DNA from: Eledone cirrhosa
Lineage: Eukaryota
Reading direction: 5' to 3'
Assembly: GCA_964016885.1 (NCBI GenBank)
Contig: OZ024742.1
Coordinates: 37,386,001 to 37,450,000 of the forward strand
DNA length: 64,000 bases
In this document: in pieces, positions 49,644 through 59,600 of the stretch
Position numbering within the stretch: the stretch's first letter is position 1
Layout: every line of letters begins with the position of its first letter
Position numbers and translations under genes: made by a program
Notes under the pieces: model-generated
What the model was told of the DNA's origin: nothing
The model's database searches: none
What the model saw: the letters and a program-made list of their open reading frames with translations, nothing else

Positions 49644-52600
49644 CAATGACACACGACCGTGACTTCTGGCGTCACGCAGTAATACAGAGTACCTGACCTC
49701 CCATGGGTACAAGCTGAAGCATATAGACAATATGCCCCCACGCCCCCCCACCGCAAGGTGGTCGTGGAGGTGCCACGGAAAAAAAGCACCCAGCCCACAC
49801 TGTAAAGTGGACGTGTAGGCGCCACGGAAAAAAAGTACCCAGCACTCACTGTAAATGAGGTTGGTGTTAGGAAGGGCATCCAGCTGTAGAAACCAAGCCA
49901 AATCAGTTCCTGTATGAGCAAGGCATGGTCAGCCGACCAGACACTGCCCACAACAGGACAACCCGTCTAACTCATGCTAGCGTGGAAGAACGGACGTAAA
50001 ACGGTGATGATGATGATGATGATGATATATATCCCCTCTCTTTATATATGTATATATATATATATATATATAAATATATGTATGTATGTATATATGTGTA
50101 TATATACTATCCATTCCAGATTGCCAGTCTGTTTGGGTCTTTGTTCGTCTTACTTATGATTCTGGTAGCTGGACCCCTCTTGAGGCCCCTTCCAAATGTA
50201 AGTTTTTCAAGGTTTTTTTTATTGCAAACAATAATGATTATAATTAAACTATGTATGTATATATGTATATGTATGTATACATGCATGTCTATGTGTCTCT
50301 GTATCTAATATATATTTTCATTGTACTGTATTGTTTGCTTTGTTGTTTCCTGTGGTAGTGGTTGATTAGGTTGCCTAGGTAACAAAAGCTGTCAACAGTT
50401 TCTAAGGAACATGCCTGGCAACTTAGGGTATTTATTTCATATGTGCTCTTAGTGCTTACTTCTGTGCATTTGCCACATATAAAGTCTGTCTTCTCCTGTA
50501 ACCTGCCTGTAATCCCTCTACATCTTTTGTGTACATGTTTACAAAAATTACCGTATTAGCCTCCTATCCTATTTCCTACTGATTAAGAGTTTCATCTTTG
50601 ATAAGTTTACATTTAAGCCTTTCAACTCTAGGTTTTTCTTCCATGCTTTGAATTTTGCCTCTAACTCTCCCATGCTTTGAATTTTGCCTGTAACTCTCCC
50701 ATGCTTTGAATTTTGCCTGTAACTCTCCCATGGATTCATGTATAAAGTGTATATAGTGTCCGAAATGTAAAGACTCTTTTCCTACTATATCAAGCATTAA
50801 ACTAATATATTTCTTACTGTGTTGTTTGTTTTGTTGTTACCATTTACTTTTTGCATACACACACATACACATATACATACGTACACGTGACCTGTTACAG
50901 CTTTCTTATATTTTCTCTCTTTAAAGTGTGTCCTTTCCTCGATCATCCTGGTATCCTTGAGGTCAATGTTGATGGAAATTCTTACATTAAAACAATTATG
51001 GCATATCAGCCCCTATGACTGTGTAAGTGTTTATTTATTTTATATCATATACTTCATTCTTTCTCTGGTACACCACCACCACCACCACCATCATCATCAT
51101 CGTTTAACGTCTATCTTCCACACTAGCATGGGTTAGACGGGAATTATCCCACTTGAGGCAAGATTGGTCGGGTGACCGTGTCTCGCTCGTATAGGACTAT
51201 CTGGCAGGTTTTCTACGGCTAGATGCCCTTCCTAACACCATATCCATGAATATTGTAAAGGGCAACTAAAAGGATTGGGACCAACATTCCCTCCAATTTT
51301 TCCCAACCACTTAAATTCAAAGCTACTGATCTGCAACATTTCAAAGCTACTTACTGCTACTTCAATGCACTGGAGCACTATAATTTTATTTGTGTTGAAG
51401 ATAATACAACCATGAAGAGGATTTTTTTTTTTTTTGCTTTATTTTAATATAAAAATTGAAGATAATCCTTATGAAATATAATCCTTATGAAATATAAAAG
51501 TGGAAATGTTATCGTTAATTTTTCAGTGAGAAAAAAGACATTTTCTTCAAGATACCATTAATCTTTAGCACTCTAGAATTTTTTATGAATTGCTTACCTT
51601 GACACTGTATTACGTATTAAGTGGAGATAACTCTATCGGTGACATAATGCGCCTGGAGCGTTCAGAAGGTTAAAAAAGAAAAATTTCTTGCAAATTCATT
51701 AGACATTGCCGCTTCTGGCCATGTTAAGAACCCAAAATTACCATGGAATCGTCAGACTGAGAATATTGTTTATTCCCTCTCGTTGTTTTAACATGTGAAG
51801 AGTGAGGTCAGAATTTATGTTTTTCTTTGAGAAATATTGTTCAAATTTCGTCAATAAAAATTATATTGTGCAATGAATATTATTTTGTAGACTATCAAAA
51901 TCCAATGTGATGGGTTTTTTTCGAATACAATCGGATAAATTGTGGTAGTGTTTATATTTTCACAAGTAGTGCCAGTTCGTTTTTTTTTCCTCTCTCCTCA
52001 TAACGAGTTTGCTTACAGGAATTAGTTTTCACATTTTGTTTGTTTTTTAATCTAGGTACATATGTAATTCTGAGAAAGTTTCATTAATAATTGAATGAAA
52101 TTGAATAATTTTATTGATAAATATCACTTTGTAACAGGGTTGTTAGTAACACTTTGGTTCAGTCTTAAGCCTCGGCAATGCTCACATTGAATTCATAACC
52201 TGACATGATATGTAAGTGTTGGATTTTGATCAAAAATATTTGAGAAGAAACTTCACATCCAGAATTTTCAAATGATATATAATTGTCCATGGAAAAAAAT
52301 ATATTTTGACATCAAAATGATCAAGCAAACTCTGCATGTCACCCCTTCCACGGAGCTCTACAGGGATATCTATCAAATGTATTGTAAAGCTACAAACTTT
52401 CAGAGAGAATGTAGTTTTATACCCTATACCAGTATATCATAACTGAGCCCCCTACAGATAATGGATCCCAATATAGTCATGTCTGAAAATGCATGAAAAG
52501 CTTGTGATAGCCTTTAATCACTGTAATGTAATTGTTTATAGCCATATTTAATAGTCCATTATAATTTGATTGAAATGGTATCATGTCCCAAAATTTCACA

Positions 52601-55600
52601 ATTTAATTAGTTCTATACTTACTACAAATGTGCCAAAACTCAAATCCCTGTGGCTGGTACTTTGAGATTTAGCTAGGTTTGAAAACACATGACAAACTCA
52701 TGCTTGCATCACAAAATCGACTGTTTGTTACATGCAACAAAATGGGCTTTACATAAATATTTCATTTTCAAGAATCTGAAAAATAAATAGGCAATTGCTA
52801 TCCCAGGGATATTATTAATGTACATAATTTGAAGATGATTATCACTTCAGTTTCAAAGATATATCACAAATATGGCTAATTATTCATTTAGGCCTAATTG
52901 GGCAAGATTTTGACCAATTCACTGACCATTCAAATTGTCATATTTCCTAAACTATTCATCCAAATTTCACAAATGAGGTATTAAAATTTTTCTCTTTGGA
53001 TGCTCTCCAAGAAAAAGTACAGAAGTTAGATTTAAATATTTTAAAAAATTCATTGTGATACCTAGTAATAAGCAGGATTATCCACTCTGACCTGTCTGAT
53101 CTCAGATCGACCAACCCATGCTAGCATGAAAAGGGGACAAAAAATGGTGATGATGATGGTTATAATAATGAACAGCGAATGTGTTAAAGACCATTTTTCC
53201 CAATGAAGTGAGTCCCATGGAGGCTTCTCTATTATTCCTTATCCTCTGCATCCACCATCATGAATCCACTGGCTTTCATTTCCTCCTCCATCATCTTTAG
53301 CCATTTCTTTCTTGGTCTTCCTCATCCTCCTTTCACATCTATTCCCGATCACTCCTCTCACTCAGTCGCTTTCATCTCATTGCATTTCTCTTCACAACAT
53401 TTATCATTGATTTTATTCTTCTCACTCAGTCACTTTCATCTTTCTTCAACACATGACTTAACCAGTTCATTCTGTTTCTCTTCACAGCATTCATCACTAA
53501 CTCTATTCTTCTCATTCAGTAACTTTCATCTTTCCTCAACATCACCCAACCATCACATTCTATTTCTCTTCACTGGCTCAATTCTTACCCTCTGTAATTT
53601 ATTTCATCATTATCATCATTTTATATCTATTTTACATGCTGACATGAATTGGAAAGGTTGTCAAGTTCCGTGACTAGTCAGGTTGGAGAAACCTCATCTT
53701 ACTTATACATTCCATATTTTGCATAGTTTTTATAGCTGGATGCCCAAACATTTTTTAGAGCTTACTCTGTGCATTATATTGTGACACCATCACTAGAGAG
53801 GTTGTCATATGCTCAGCCAGACTCATGAGTTTATTGGGCACATATCTATATTTGTATGGCATTAGGAAGAATGTCCAGCTGTAGAAACCATGCTAAATAT
53901 TGAATGTATAAGTAAGATGAGATTGCTCCAACCCATTTAGTGTTGAAATGTGACAACCTGTCCAAGCCATGTCATTGTGGAAAATGGATGTAAAATGATG
54001 ATGATGATATATATATATATACATCGTTATCATCATTTAACATGGGTTGGACAGGTCTTTTCCAGTACAGTCTCTCTTCAGTTGTCATGTTTCTTTGTCA
54101 TTGTTTCTGTGAGGTTCAGCATTTTAAGATTAGCTCTCACTACCTTTATTCAGGTTGTCTTTGCCTTCTACTGTAATCAGTACAATCTTCTTTGATTCCT
54201 CTTATGCCCAGTTTTTCTCTCAGCCCGTTGATGCTTCAACATCTATGCACATTAATACCACACATCCATTGCTAATAATTCGACTACACTTCTTGTGTAC
54301 CCATATTTTACATTGCGTATATCATATAAAGTTCCTTCCTACCCATTTTCTACATATCAAGGACAGCCATTTCTTTGATGGGACCAGAGTCCTATCTTCT
54401 TTCCTACTTATTAAAACTTTAGTTTTTGCCAATTTTACTCTGAGCCCCATTGATTCTAAGTTCTATTTCCAGAGCCTGAATTTCTTCTCTAGCTCTTCAG
54501 ATTCAGCTTTGAGAACCAGGTCATCAGCATACAGAAGTTCCCATGGACAACCAGTCTTAAACTCTTCTGTTATGGCCTGGAGAACTATAATAAACAGGAA
54601 TGGGCTGAGGATTGAGCTCTGATGAACACTTACCATCACACTGAATTCCTCACTAAACTTATTACCTACTCTCATTTTACTGAAGACTCCCCTGTACAAG
54701 GCTTACATTTCTCTCACAAACCATTCATCTACACCTAGTTTCTTTAATTTTCTTTAAAGACCATCAGACAACCAATCATGGTACTCTGTCAAAGGCCTTC
54801 TCTAGATAGATGTAGTTGGTTATACTTGGCTAAGAACTTCTCTTGTAGTTGCCTCATCAAGAAGGTATCTGTGGTTCTTGTTCTTGGCACAAAACCAAAT
54901 AGCATTTCTTCTAATTTGACTCTTACCCTAATTACCCAAAAAGCTCTTTTTGTCATTTTCATAACTTGATCCATCAGTTTTATACCTGTTATTGTTCCTT
55001 TCTAGAGCATCAACTTTTCCCTAGTAACAATTATTATACTGCTATGCCTGTCATTAGATATGATACCATCATGTATTACTTGATTGACTCTATGAATGAC
55101 TAGCTCAATTCCTACTTCACTAGATGATTTCAACATCTCAATGACTATCACTGATGGTCCAGCAGCTTATTTTGATTTCCCTGATTTCTTCTTTGACCCT
55201 GTAACTGTCAACTTCAATAGCCTGTCACTCTGTCGAGCTTACTAAGGGTAGTTCCTCTTCCTTCCTCACACTCTCCACATTCATCAACATTTCGAAGCCT
55301 CTTTCTTTTGAGCAACAGTGAGGCTAATTGCACAAGCATCATTTTGAATATATGTTTCCCCAACAATATCCTGATTTATACTGACACTCTGCTTTGCAAT
55401 GTAGAACATCTCGTGCCTTATATCATAGAATGTTGGTAAAACTCCTGCTTTCAGTTTCTTTATACACCAAACAGACCTGTCATCTTGCTGCTCTTTTAGC
55501 TATTTGATATTGTTCTTCACAGCCCTCATTTTCCAGTATTTCCATGTCCGTCTCTTAGTTTTAATGGCTCTGTCTATAGTGCTGTTCCACCACCAGGTCA

Positions 55601-55917
55601 CTCATCATTTAGCTTGTACCTTGCTCCAGCCACATGTTTCATCAGTGGCCTGCAATAGGTTGTCCTGTAGGAACTTTCAATTGTCCACTATGTCATTTGT
55701 ATCTATCTCCTTCCCATTGATGTAAGTGTCACATAGAGTTTTCCAAAACCTTTATTTAACAGAAAGGTCTTTTAGCCTCTATTCTCTCTAAAGAGTCTTC
55801 TTGACTCTTTATTTGACAAGTTTTCTGCAGATGAATACTTTTCCTGTCACCAACCACTCTACAAAGTGCAATTAAAGAATCCTCTCAGCCTTTTTGGCAT
55901 GGTTTCTACAGCTGAAT

Positions 55918-56013
<96 letters not shown>

Positions 56014-56291
56014 ACCACACACTCCCACTGCAAAGTGGTCGTGGAGGTGCCATGGCAAAAAAGCACCCAGACCACACTGTAAAGTGGTCGTGTAGGCGCC
56101 ACGGAAAAAAAGCACTCAGCACTCACTGTAAATGAGGTTGGTGTTAGGAAGGGCATCCAGCTGTAGAAATCAAGCCAGAATCAGTTCCCGTATGAGCAAG
56201 ACATGGTCAGCCGACCGGACACTGCCCACAACAGAACAACCCGTCTAACCCATGCTAGCGTGGAAGAACGGACGTAAAATGATGATGATGA

Positions 56292-56341
<50 letters not shown>

Positions 56342-56515
56342 AATATCAAATATTTTGTTATCCCAAATATCAAAATATTCTCTCTTCAATTATTATTTGT
56401 CATTGCAGATTATATGGATTTCCACATTTCTCTCAATCATCTTCACCACCATAGAATATGGTCTTGTTATCGGTATGACAATTGGAGCTGCTACAATTAT
56501 CATAAGAACACAAAT
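25159..56515 (+). CDS. SLC26/SulP-family anion transporter (prestin/pendrin-like), 12 coding exons, 3'-partial (STAS domain beyond the window)
   Basis: join(25159-25171, 26043-26378, 27503-27613, 30465-30640, 31940-32104, 33901-34056, 41369-41451, 43572-43719, 46301-46414, 50120-50197, 50927-51022, 56409-56515) gives 1583 nt with no stops, all GT-AG introns and compatible phases. It contains the sulfate-transporter motifs [25 protein letters not shown]...GTSKHLS.G, ELIAFG and LSRS..Q...GGKSQ. Confidence 0.93.
26043..26378 (+). CDS. SLC26 coding exon 2 (N-terminus to LPQG)
   Basis: Acceptor ttttctag|GT. Encodes RPLY...[29 protein letters not shown]. Donor G|GTTAGT. Confidence 0.9.
26420..27110 (+). 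mobile_element. Two adjacent old tRNA-derived SINEs
   Basis: A boxes TGGCTGAATGGTTAAG and TAGCCTAATGGTTAA, and B boxes GGTTCAATCC and AGTTTGATTCC. The second has the CORE-like GTGTCCTTTAGAAAGACACTT. They share a 3' part also seen at 13690-13960. Confidence 0.65.
27503..27613 (+). CDS. SLC26 coding exon 3 (111 nt)
   Basis: Acceptor cccacag|. Encodes [37 protein letters not shown]. Donor G|GTAAGT. Confidence 0.95.
27700..27995 (+). repeat. ~45-bp minisatellite (~6 units) derived from the RTE 3' UTR repeat
   Basis: The unit gtgccatgataaaatgcacccagtacactctgtgaagtggttgtgcta resembles the RTE UTR unit gtgccacggaaaaaaagcacccagcccacactgtaaagtgg. The array ends in ggttgacattaggaa. Confidence 0.85.
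29485..30212 (-). mobile_element. RTE LINE 3' fragment
   Basis: 3' UTR plus C-terminal coding region homologous to 1667-2390. Confidence 0.85.
30465..30640 (+). CDS. SLC26 coding exon 4 (176 nt)
   Basis: Acceptor ttctcag|GT. Encodes [10 protein letters not shown]...[16 protein letters not shown]. Donor CAG|GTAGGT. Confidence 0.9.
30614..31016 (+). repeat. ~42-bp tandem repeat (~10 units) copying the exon end and splice donor
   Basis: The unit is GTCTGTGATAACTGGTATAACTCAG|GTAGGTAATTTAACT, and the first unit is the real exon/intron junction. Confidence 0.9.
31520..31859. mobile_element. TTAA-flanked MITE with CCCTTT/AAAGGG termini (piggyBac-like)
   Basis: TTAA|CCCTTTTGATA...GTAATGAAAGGG|TTAA, with the ~92-bp terminal subunit duplicated. 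Confidence 0.7.
31940..32104 (+). CDS. SLC26 coding exon 5 (165 nt)
   Basis: Acceptor tctttatag|. Encodes [34 protein letters not shown]. Donor AAG|GTGAGT. Confidence 0.95.
32485..33362 (+). mobile_element. Internally deleted mariner element with imperfect ~28-bp TIRs
   Basis: TIRs cagggtgcatcagaaaattaacaggact and agtccagtttcttttctaacgcacctcg|TA. Encodes [49 protein letters not shown]. The catalytic core is missing. Confidence 0.85.
33901..34056 (+). CDS. SLC26 coding exon 6 (156 nt)
   Basis: Acceptor ccttttccag|. Encodes MLVATVRLL...[19 protein letters not shown]. Donor |GTAAGT. Not in the ORF track because it is short. Confidence 0.93.
34870..35500 (-). mobile_element. Penelope-like element GIY-YIG endonuclease remnant
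   Basis: Minus strand reads CSCR..., [40 protein letters not shown]...KCRLCSTE. Confidence 0.75.
36190..36870 (-). mobile_element. Mariner transposase relic
   Basis: Minus strand reads [57 protein letters not shown]. Confidence 0.8.
37423..37702. mobile_element. Foldback element with ~100-bp inverted arms and a tRNA-like centre
   Basis: 37423-37530 is the reverse complement of 37604-37702, except for a 9-nt indel. Confidence 0.85.
37527..37598 (+). tRNA. tRNA-like cloverleaf (pseudo-tRNA; nominal anticodon GGA, lacks U33)
   Basis: 72 nt folding with canonical arm spacing: GATGTGT/GTACGTC acceptor, GTG/CAC D stem, TGGT/ACCA anticodon stem and GTGGG-TTCGACT-TCCAT T arm. It has A and B boxes, and TTTTT about 10 nt downstream. 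Confidence 0.55.
38204..38239 (+). ncRNA. Minimal hammerhead ribozyme in a Penelope pLTR-like remnant
   Basis: TCTT-CTGATGA-A-GGAC-TAGT-GTCC-GAAAC-ATT-AAGA has an intact core, a 4-bp stem II and a 4-bp stem I. Stem III is probably decayed from GAAACGTT. Confidence 0.6.
38373..38716 (+). mobile_element. tRNA-derived CORE-type SINE with RTE-derived 3' tail
   Basis: A box TGGCTTAGTGGTTAG, B box GAGTTCAATTCTC and CORE-like TCCTTGAGCAAGACACTT, followed by the RTE 3' UTR and a (ATGAA)n tail. A second head lies at 63808-63925. Confidence 0.8.
38730..39410. mobile_element. Foldback DNA element, ~210-bp inverted arms
   Basis: 38730-38942 is the reverse complement of 39110-39322. Terminal sequence is shared with 9105-9240 and 37955-38003. 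Confidence 0.8.
39765..40821. repeat. (TA)n/(TG)n/(TATG)n low-complexity tract
   Basis: Mixed dinucleotide and tetranucleotide repeats that produce spurious YI/VC ORFs. Confidence 0.9.
41116..41315. repeat. 200-bp hairpin: 65-bp inverted arms around a (TA)n spacer
   Basis: 41116-41180 is the reverse complement of 41251-41315 with one mismatch. A third copy lies at 39630-39712. Confidence 0.9.
41369..41451 (+). CDS. SLC26 coding exon 7 (83 nt)
   Basis: Acceptor tcttgcag|. Encodes [28 protein letters not shown]. Donor GG|GTATGG. Confidence 0.93.
41515..43430 (-). mobile_element. Internally deleted L1/Tx1-like LINE (ORF1 remnant and APE start fused to the 3' tail)
   Basis: Minus strand reads [24 protein letters not shown] and [31 protein letters not shown]. 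The poly(A) end at 41515-41600 resembles the tail at 44840-44920. Confidence 0.55.
43572..43719 (+). CDS. SLC26 coding exon 8 (148 nt)
   Basis: Acceptor gactttcag|T. Encodes [31 protein letters not shown]. Donor AAG|GTAAGC. Confidence 0.95.
44920..46230 (-). mobile_element. R4/Dong-like non-LTR retrotransposon 3' remnant (restriction-like endonuclease) with (TAA)n tail
   Basis: Encodes [39 protein letters not shown] and [32 protein letters not shown]. Confidence 0.8.
46301..46414 (+). CDS. SLC26 coding exon 9 (114 nt; TM9-TM10 anion-site motif)
   Basis: Acceptor tttttcag|. Encodes [38 protein letters not shown]. Donor CAG|GTAAGT. Confidence 0.95.
47060..49598 (-). mobile_element. Degraded RTE LINE (2.5 kb)
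   Basis: Broken ORFs with [24 protein letters not shown] and the Cys-rich insert, plus the RTE 3' UTR. Confidence 0.9.
49643..50024 (+). mobile_element. Young 5'-truncated RTE 3' end
   Basis: Near-identical to the reverse complement of 1667-2045. Similar short copies lie at 40822-40942 and 56010-56294. Confidence 0.9.
50120..50197 (+). CDS. SLC26 coding exon 10 (78 nt)
   Basis: Acceptor cattccag|. Encodes [26 protein letters not shown]. Donor |GTAAGT. Confidence 0.93.
50927..51022 (+). CDS. SLC26 coding exon 11 (96 nt)
   Basis: Acceptor tctctttaaag|. Encodes [32 protein letters not shown]. Donor |GTAAGT. Confidence 0.93.
54020..55860 (-). mobile_element. Old degraded RTE LINE
   Basis: Encodes [34 protein letters not shown] and [25 protein letters not shown]. 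Confidence 0.85.
56409..56515 (+). CDS. SLC26 coding exon 12 (107 nt; last TM helices)
   Basis: Acceptor cattgcag|. Encodes [35 protein letters not shown]. Donor AT|GTAAGC. Confidence 0.93.
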
Positions 56516-56625
56516 GTAAGCAAAATTTACTCACTGACTCAACAGTCATCTCTAGCCTGTATTATCTCCATGTGATTACCATAGTAAATAATAATATGCA
56601 TCATGTATTTCTCTCTCTCTCTCTC

Positions 56626-59600
56626 TCATCATCATCATCATCATCAACGTTTAACGTCCGTGTTCCACGCTTGCATGGGTTTGGACGGGGGTAGTCCCAC
56701 TTGAGGCAAGAGTGATTGTCTTGCTCGCATAGGACTGTCTGGCAGGTTTTCTACAGTTGGATGCCCTTCCTAACACCAACCACATTTACAGTGTGAGTCT
56801 GGGAGGTTTTTACCGTGTTGCCTACACGGCCACATTACAGCGTGGACTGTGTGTTTTTTTGTCGTGACACCTACACGATCTCATTTGTTTCGGCCTATGG
56901 CGCGGCACCAACATAACTTTACATAGAACGGGGTGGTGTGGATGGGGTGGGGGTGGTGGTGGTGGGACGGGGTGTATTTTGTTAGAGATGCCTACTGGTT
57001 GGAGTAGGTTTTACTATATATTTAGGTAAGGCGGGTCTTCTCTGTTACTGAGTACCGCCAAAGGTCTCGGTCCAGTGACATTGTCTTGGAGAGGTGTAAG
57101 TGTGTGATGTCGGAGTTTATCAGCTCGTCCCAGGTTTTTCTAGGTCTGCCTATTCCGTGACTACCGTCTATCTTTATTGCCCTGCACTTTGTTATACAGC
57201 TATCGACTTTCATGCGCATCACGTGTCCATACCAACGTAGCCTTCTCTCGAGTAAACAACATCTGACCCCTCTTATCTCTAATTTTTTCCTTAGTTCGTT
57301 TATGCTTTGCCGTTCACGTATATTACTGTTACACATCCAGCGGAGCATGCAAGCTTCGTTCCTCTCTAGTCTGTGTATATCCTCTGCACACAATGCCCAG
57401 GTCTCACTGCCATGCAGCATTGCTGTTCGTATGCAGGCATCGTACAACCTGCCTTTCATTTTTAGGGAGAACCCTTTAGCAGCTAATAGTGGTATAAGCT
57501 CTCTGAACTTTTTCCAACCAGTTCTGACTCTAGCTACAGTACTTTCAGAGCACCCTCCCCCACTGCTGATTTTATCGCCCAGGTAACGGAAGCTGTCCAC
57601 TATTTCTATAGAACCCTCTGCGCAATTGAAAGAGCTAGTATTCTGTGGGCACTTGCTGCTACTTATTGCACCAGAACACCGGCCACATGTAAAATCTATG
57701 TTCTTAGTTAGCTTACCTGTGATCCCACTACATCTTTTATGCACCCATACTTTGCATTTAGGACATAAAATGGAGTTTCTACCTACGCCTTTCCTACACA
57801 CCGAGCACGACCATTTCCCAGAAGGGACCGCCGCCTTGTTTTCTTTCCTACAAACTAGAACTTTGGTCTTAGCCAGGTTAATTTTAAGTCCTTTTGACTC
57901 TAGGCCGTGCTTCCATGTTTGGAATTTCTTCTCTAGCTCGGCCATTGATTCCGCTATGAGTGTCAGGTCGTCGTCTGTGTATAGGAGTTCCCATGGGCAG
58001 CCTGTCTTGAACTCCTCTGTTATAGCCTGAAGGGCAATAATAAATAGTAGGGGGCTGAGAACAGAGCCCTGATGGACGCCAACTTTTACGCTAAACTCTT
58101 CACTATATTCGTTGTTAATTCTAACCTTGCTGACTGTTTCTTTATACATGGCTTGTATAGCCCTCACAAGCCATTCGTCAACGCCTAGTTTTCTAAGGGC
58201 CCACCAGATAATGGAGCGGGGGACTCTGTCGAAGGCTTTCTCCAAGTCGACAAAAGCTAAGTAGAGGGGTTTACCTTTAGCTAGGTACTTCTCCTGTAGT
58301 TGTCGTACTATGAAAAGAGCGTCTGTGGTACTTTTGCCTGACACAAACCCGAACTGCATTTCATCTAGGTCGATTCTCTCTCTGATTAGTTGCGCTATTA
58401 CTTTTTCCGTGACCTTCATGACCTGGTCGATTAATTTAATGCCTCTATAGTTACTCCTATCTAGGGCGTCTCCTTTACCCTTATAACAGTTAACGATGAT
58501 GCTGCTATGCCAGTCCTTCGGAACAACCCCATTCTGCACGACTTGGTTAACTATGCGGGTGACCATGGTGTGTCCCACCGTGCCAGATGCCTTCAGCATC
58601 TCAGCAACTATTTCCGAAGGCCCAGCCGCCTTACCCGTCTTCATATCCTTGATTGCCTTACTTATTATACTCCCCTCGACTAACACTGCTGGTCCCTCTA
58701 TTGGGTCGATATGGGGGAGACTGTCTTTCTCCCATTTATTCTCCTCATTTAGTAGCCTTTCGTAGTGACACTTCCAAGCTACCTTCTTATCAGCGTCGGT
58801 GATGGCAAGTGTGCCATCGTCGTTTAGTACACACTTCTCCCCGACAATATCACGGTTTTCCTTGACGCATTGCCTAGCAATCCTGAACACCTCACGTTTT
58901 TGGTCATCGCGTTGTAGAACATGCTTGAACTTTCTTTCCTCAGCTTCCCTTCTTGCTAAGTACACTTGTCTCCTAGCTTCCCTCCTGGCCACTTGATAGT
59001 CTTCTCTACTTCCCCCATCCCGCCATACTTTCCAAGCCTGCTTTTTGGCCTTAATTGACCTCTCCACCTTACTGTTCCACCACCATGTTACTCTCCTCCT
59101 GCCTACAGGCCTGCTCCAGCCACAGACTTCGTCTGTCGCCAACAGCAGGTTTGCTTTCAGAAATTCCCACTCTCCCTCTATATTGTCCGACTCTAAATGT
59201 TCTTCCTTACTGTCGCAAGCATCAAGTAATATGCTTTGAAATTTATTCCTGGCTGTGGGGTCCTTTAGCTTCCATATTTTTCTCCTGAGGATAGTCCTCT
59301 TCTGCTGTCGAGTACGTCTCGTCCTGACTATGAGGTCGCTAATTATCAGTCTATGTTGGGAGGTGCATTCTTCATGGGGGAGGGATTTGGTGTTTACAAC
59401 AGACACTCTGTCACGTCTTCTGGTAAGGATATAATCTACCTGGCTTGTGTGTTCCCCGGATCTATAGGTGATCAGGTGATTGTCACGTTTTTTGAAGTTA
59501 GTGTTACAGATAGTTAGGTTATTTGCATCACATTCTGGAGCCTTCCTCATTTCTAGTACCAAACCCATAGCCTCCATGGATTTCGTCGTAGCCGTCACAA

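Noticed and set aside
51560-53090. AT-rich non-repetitive-looking intron block as a hidden exon or gene
   Set aside because: There is no ORF or phase-compatible exon, and SLC26 exons 11 and 12 already join in frame. It is probably old DNA-transposon sequence that cannot be classified by eye.
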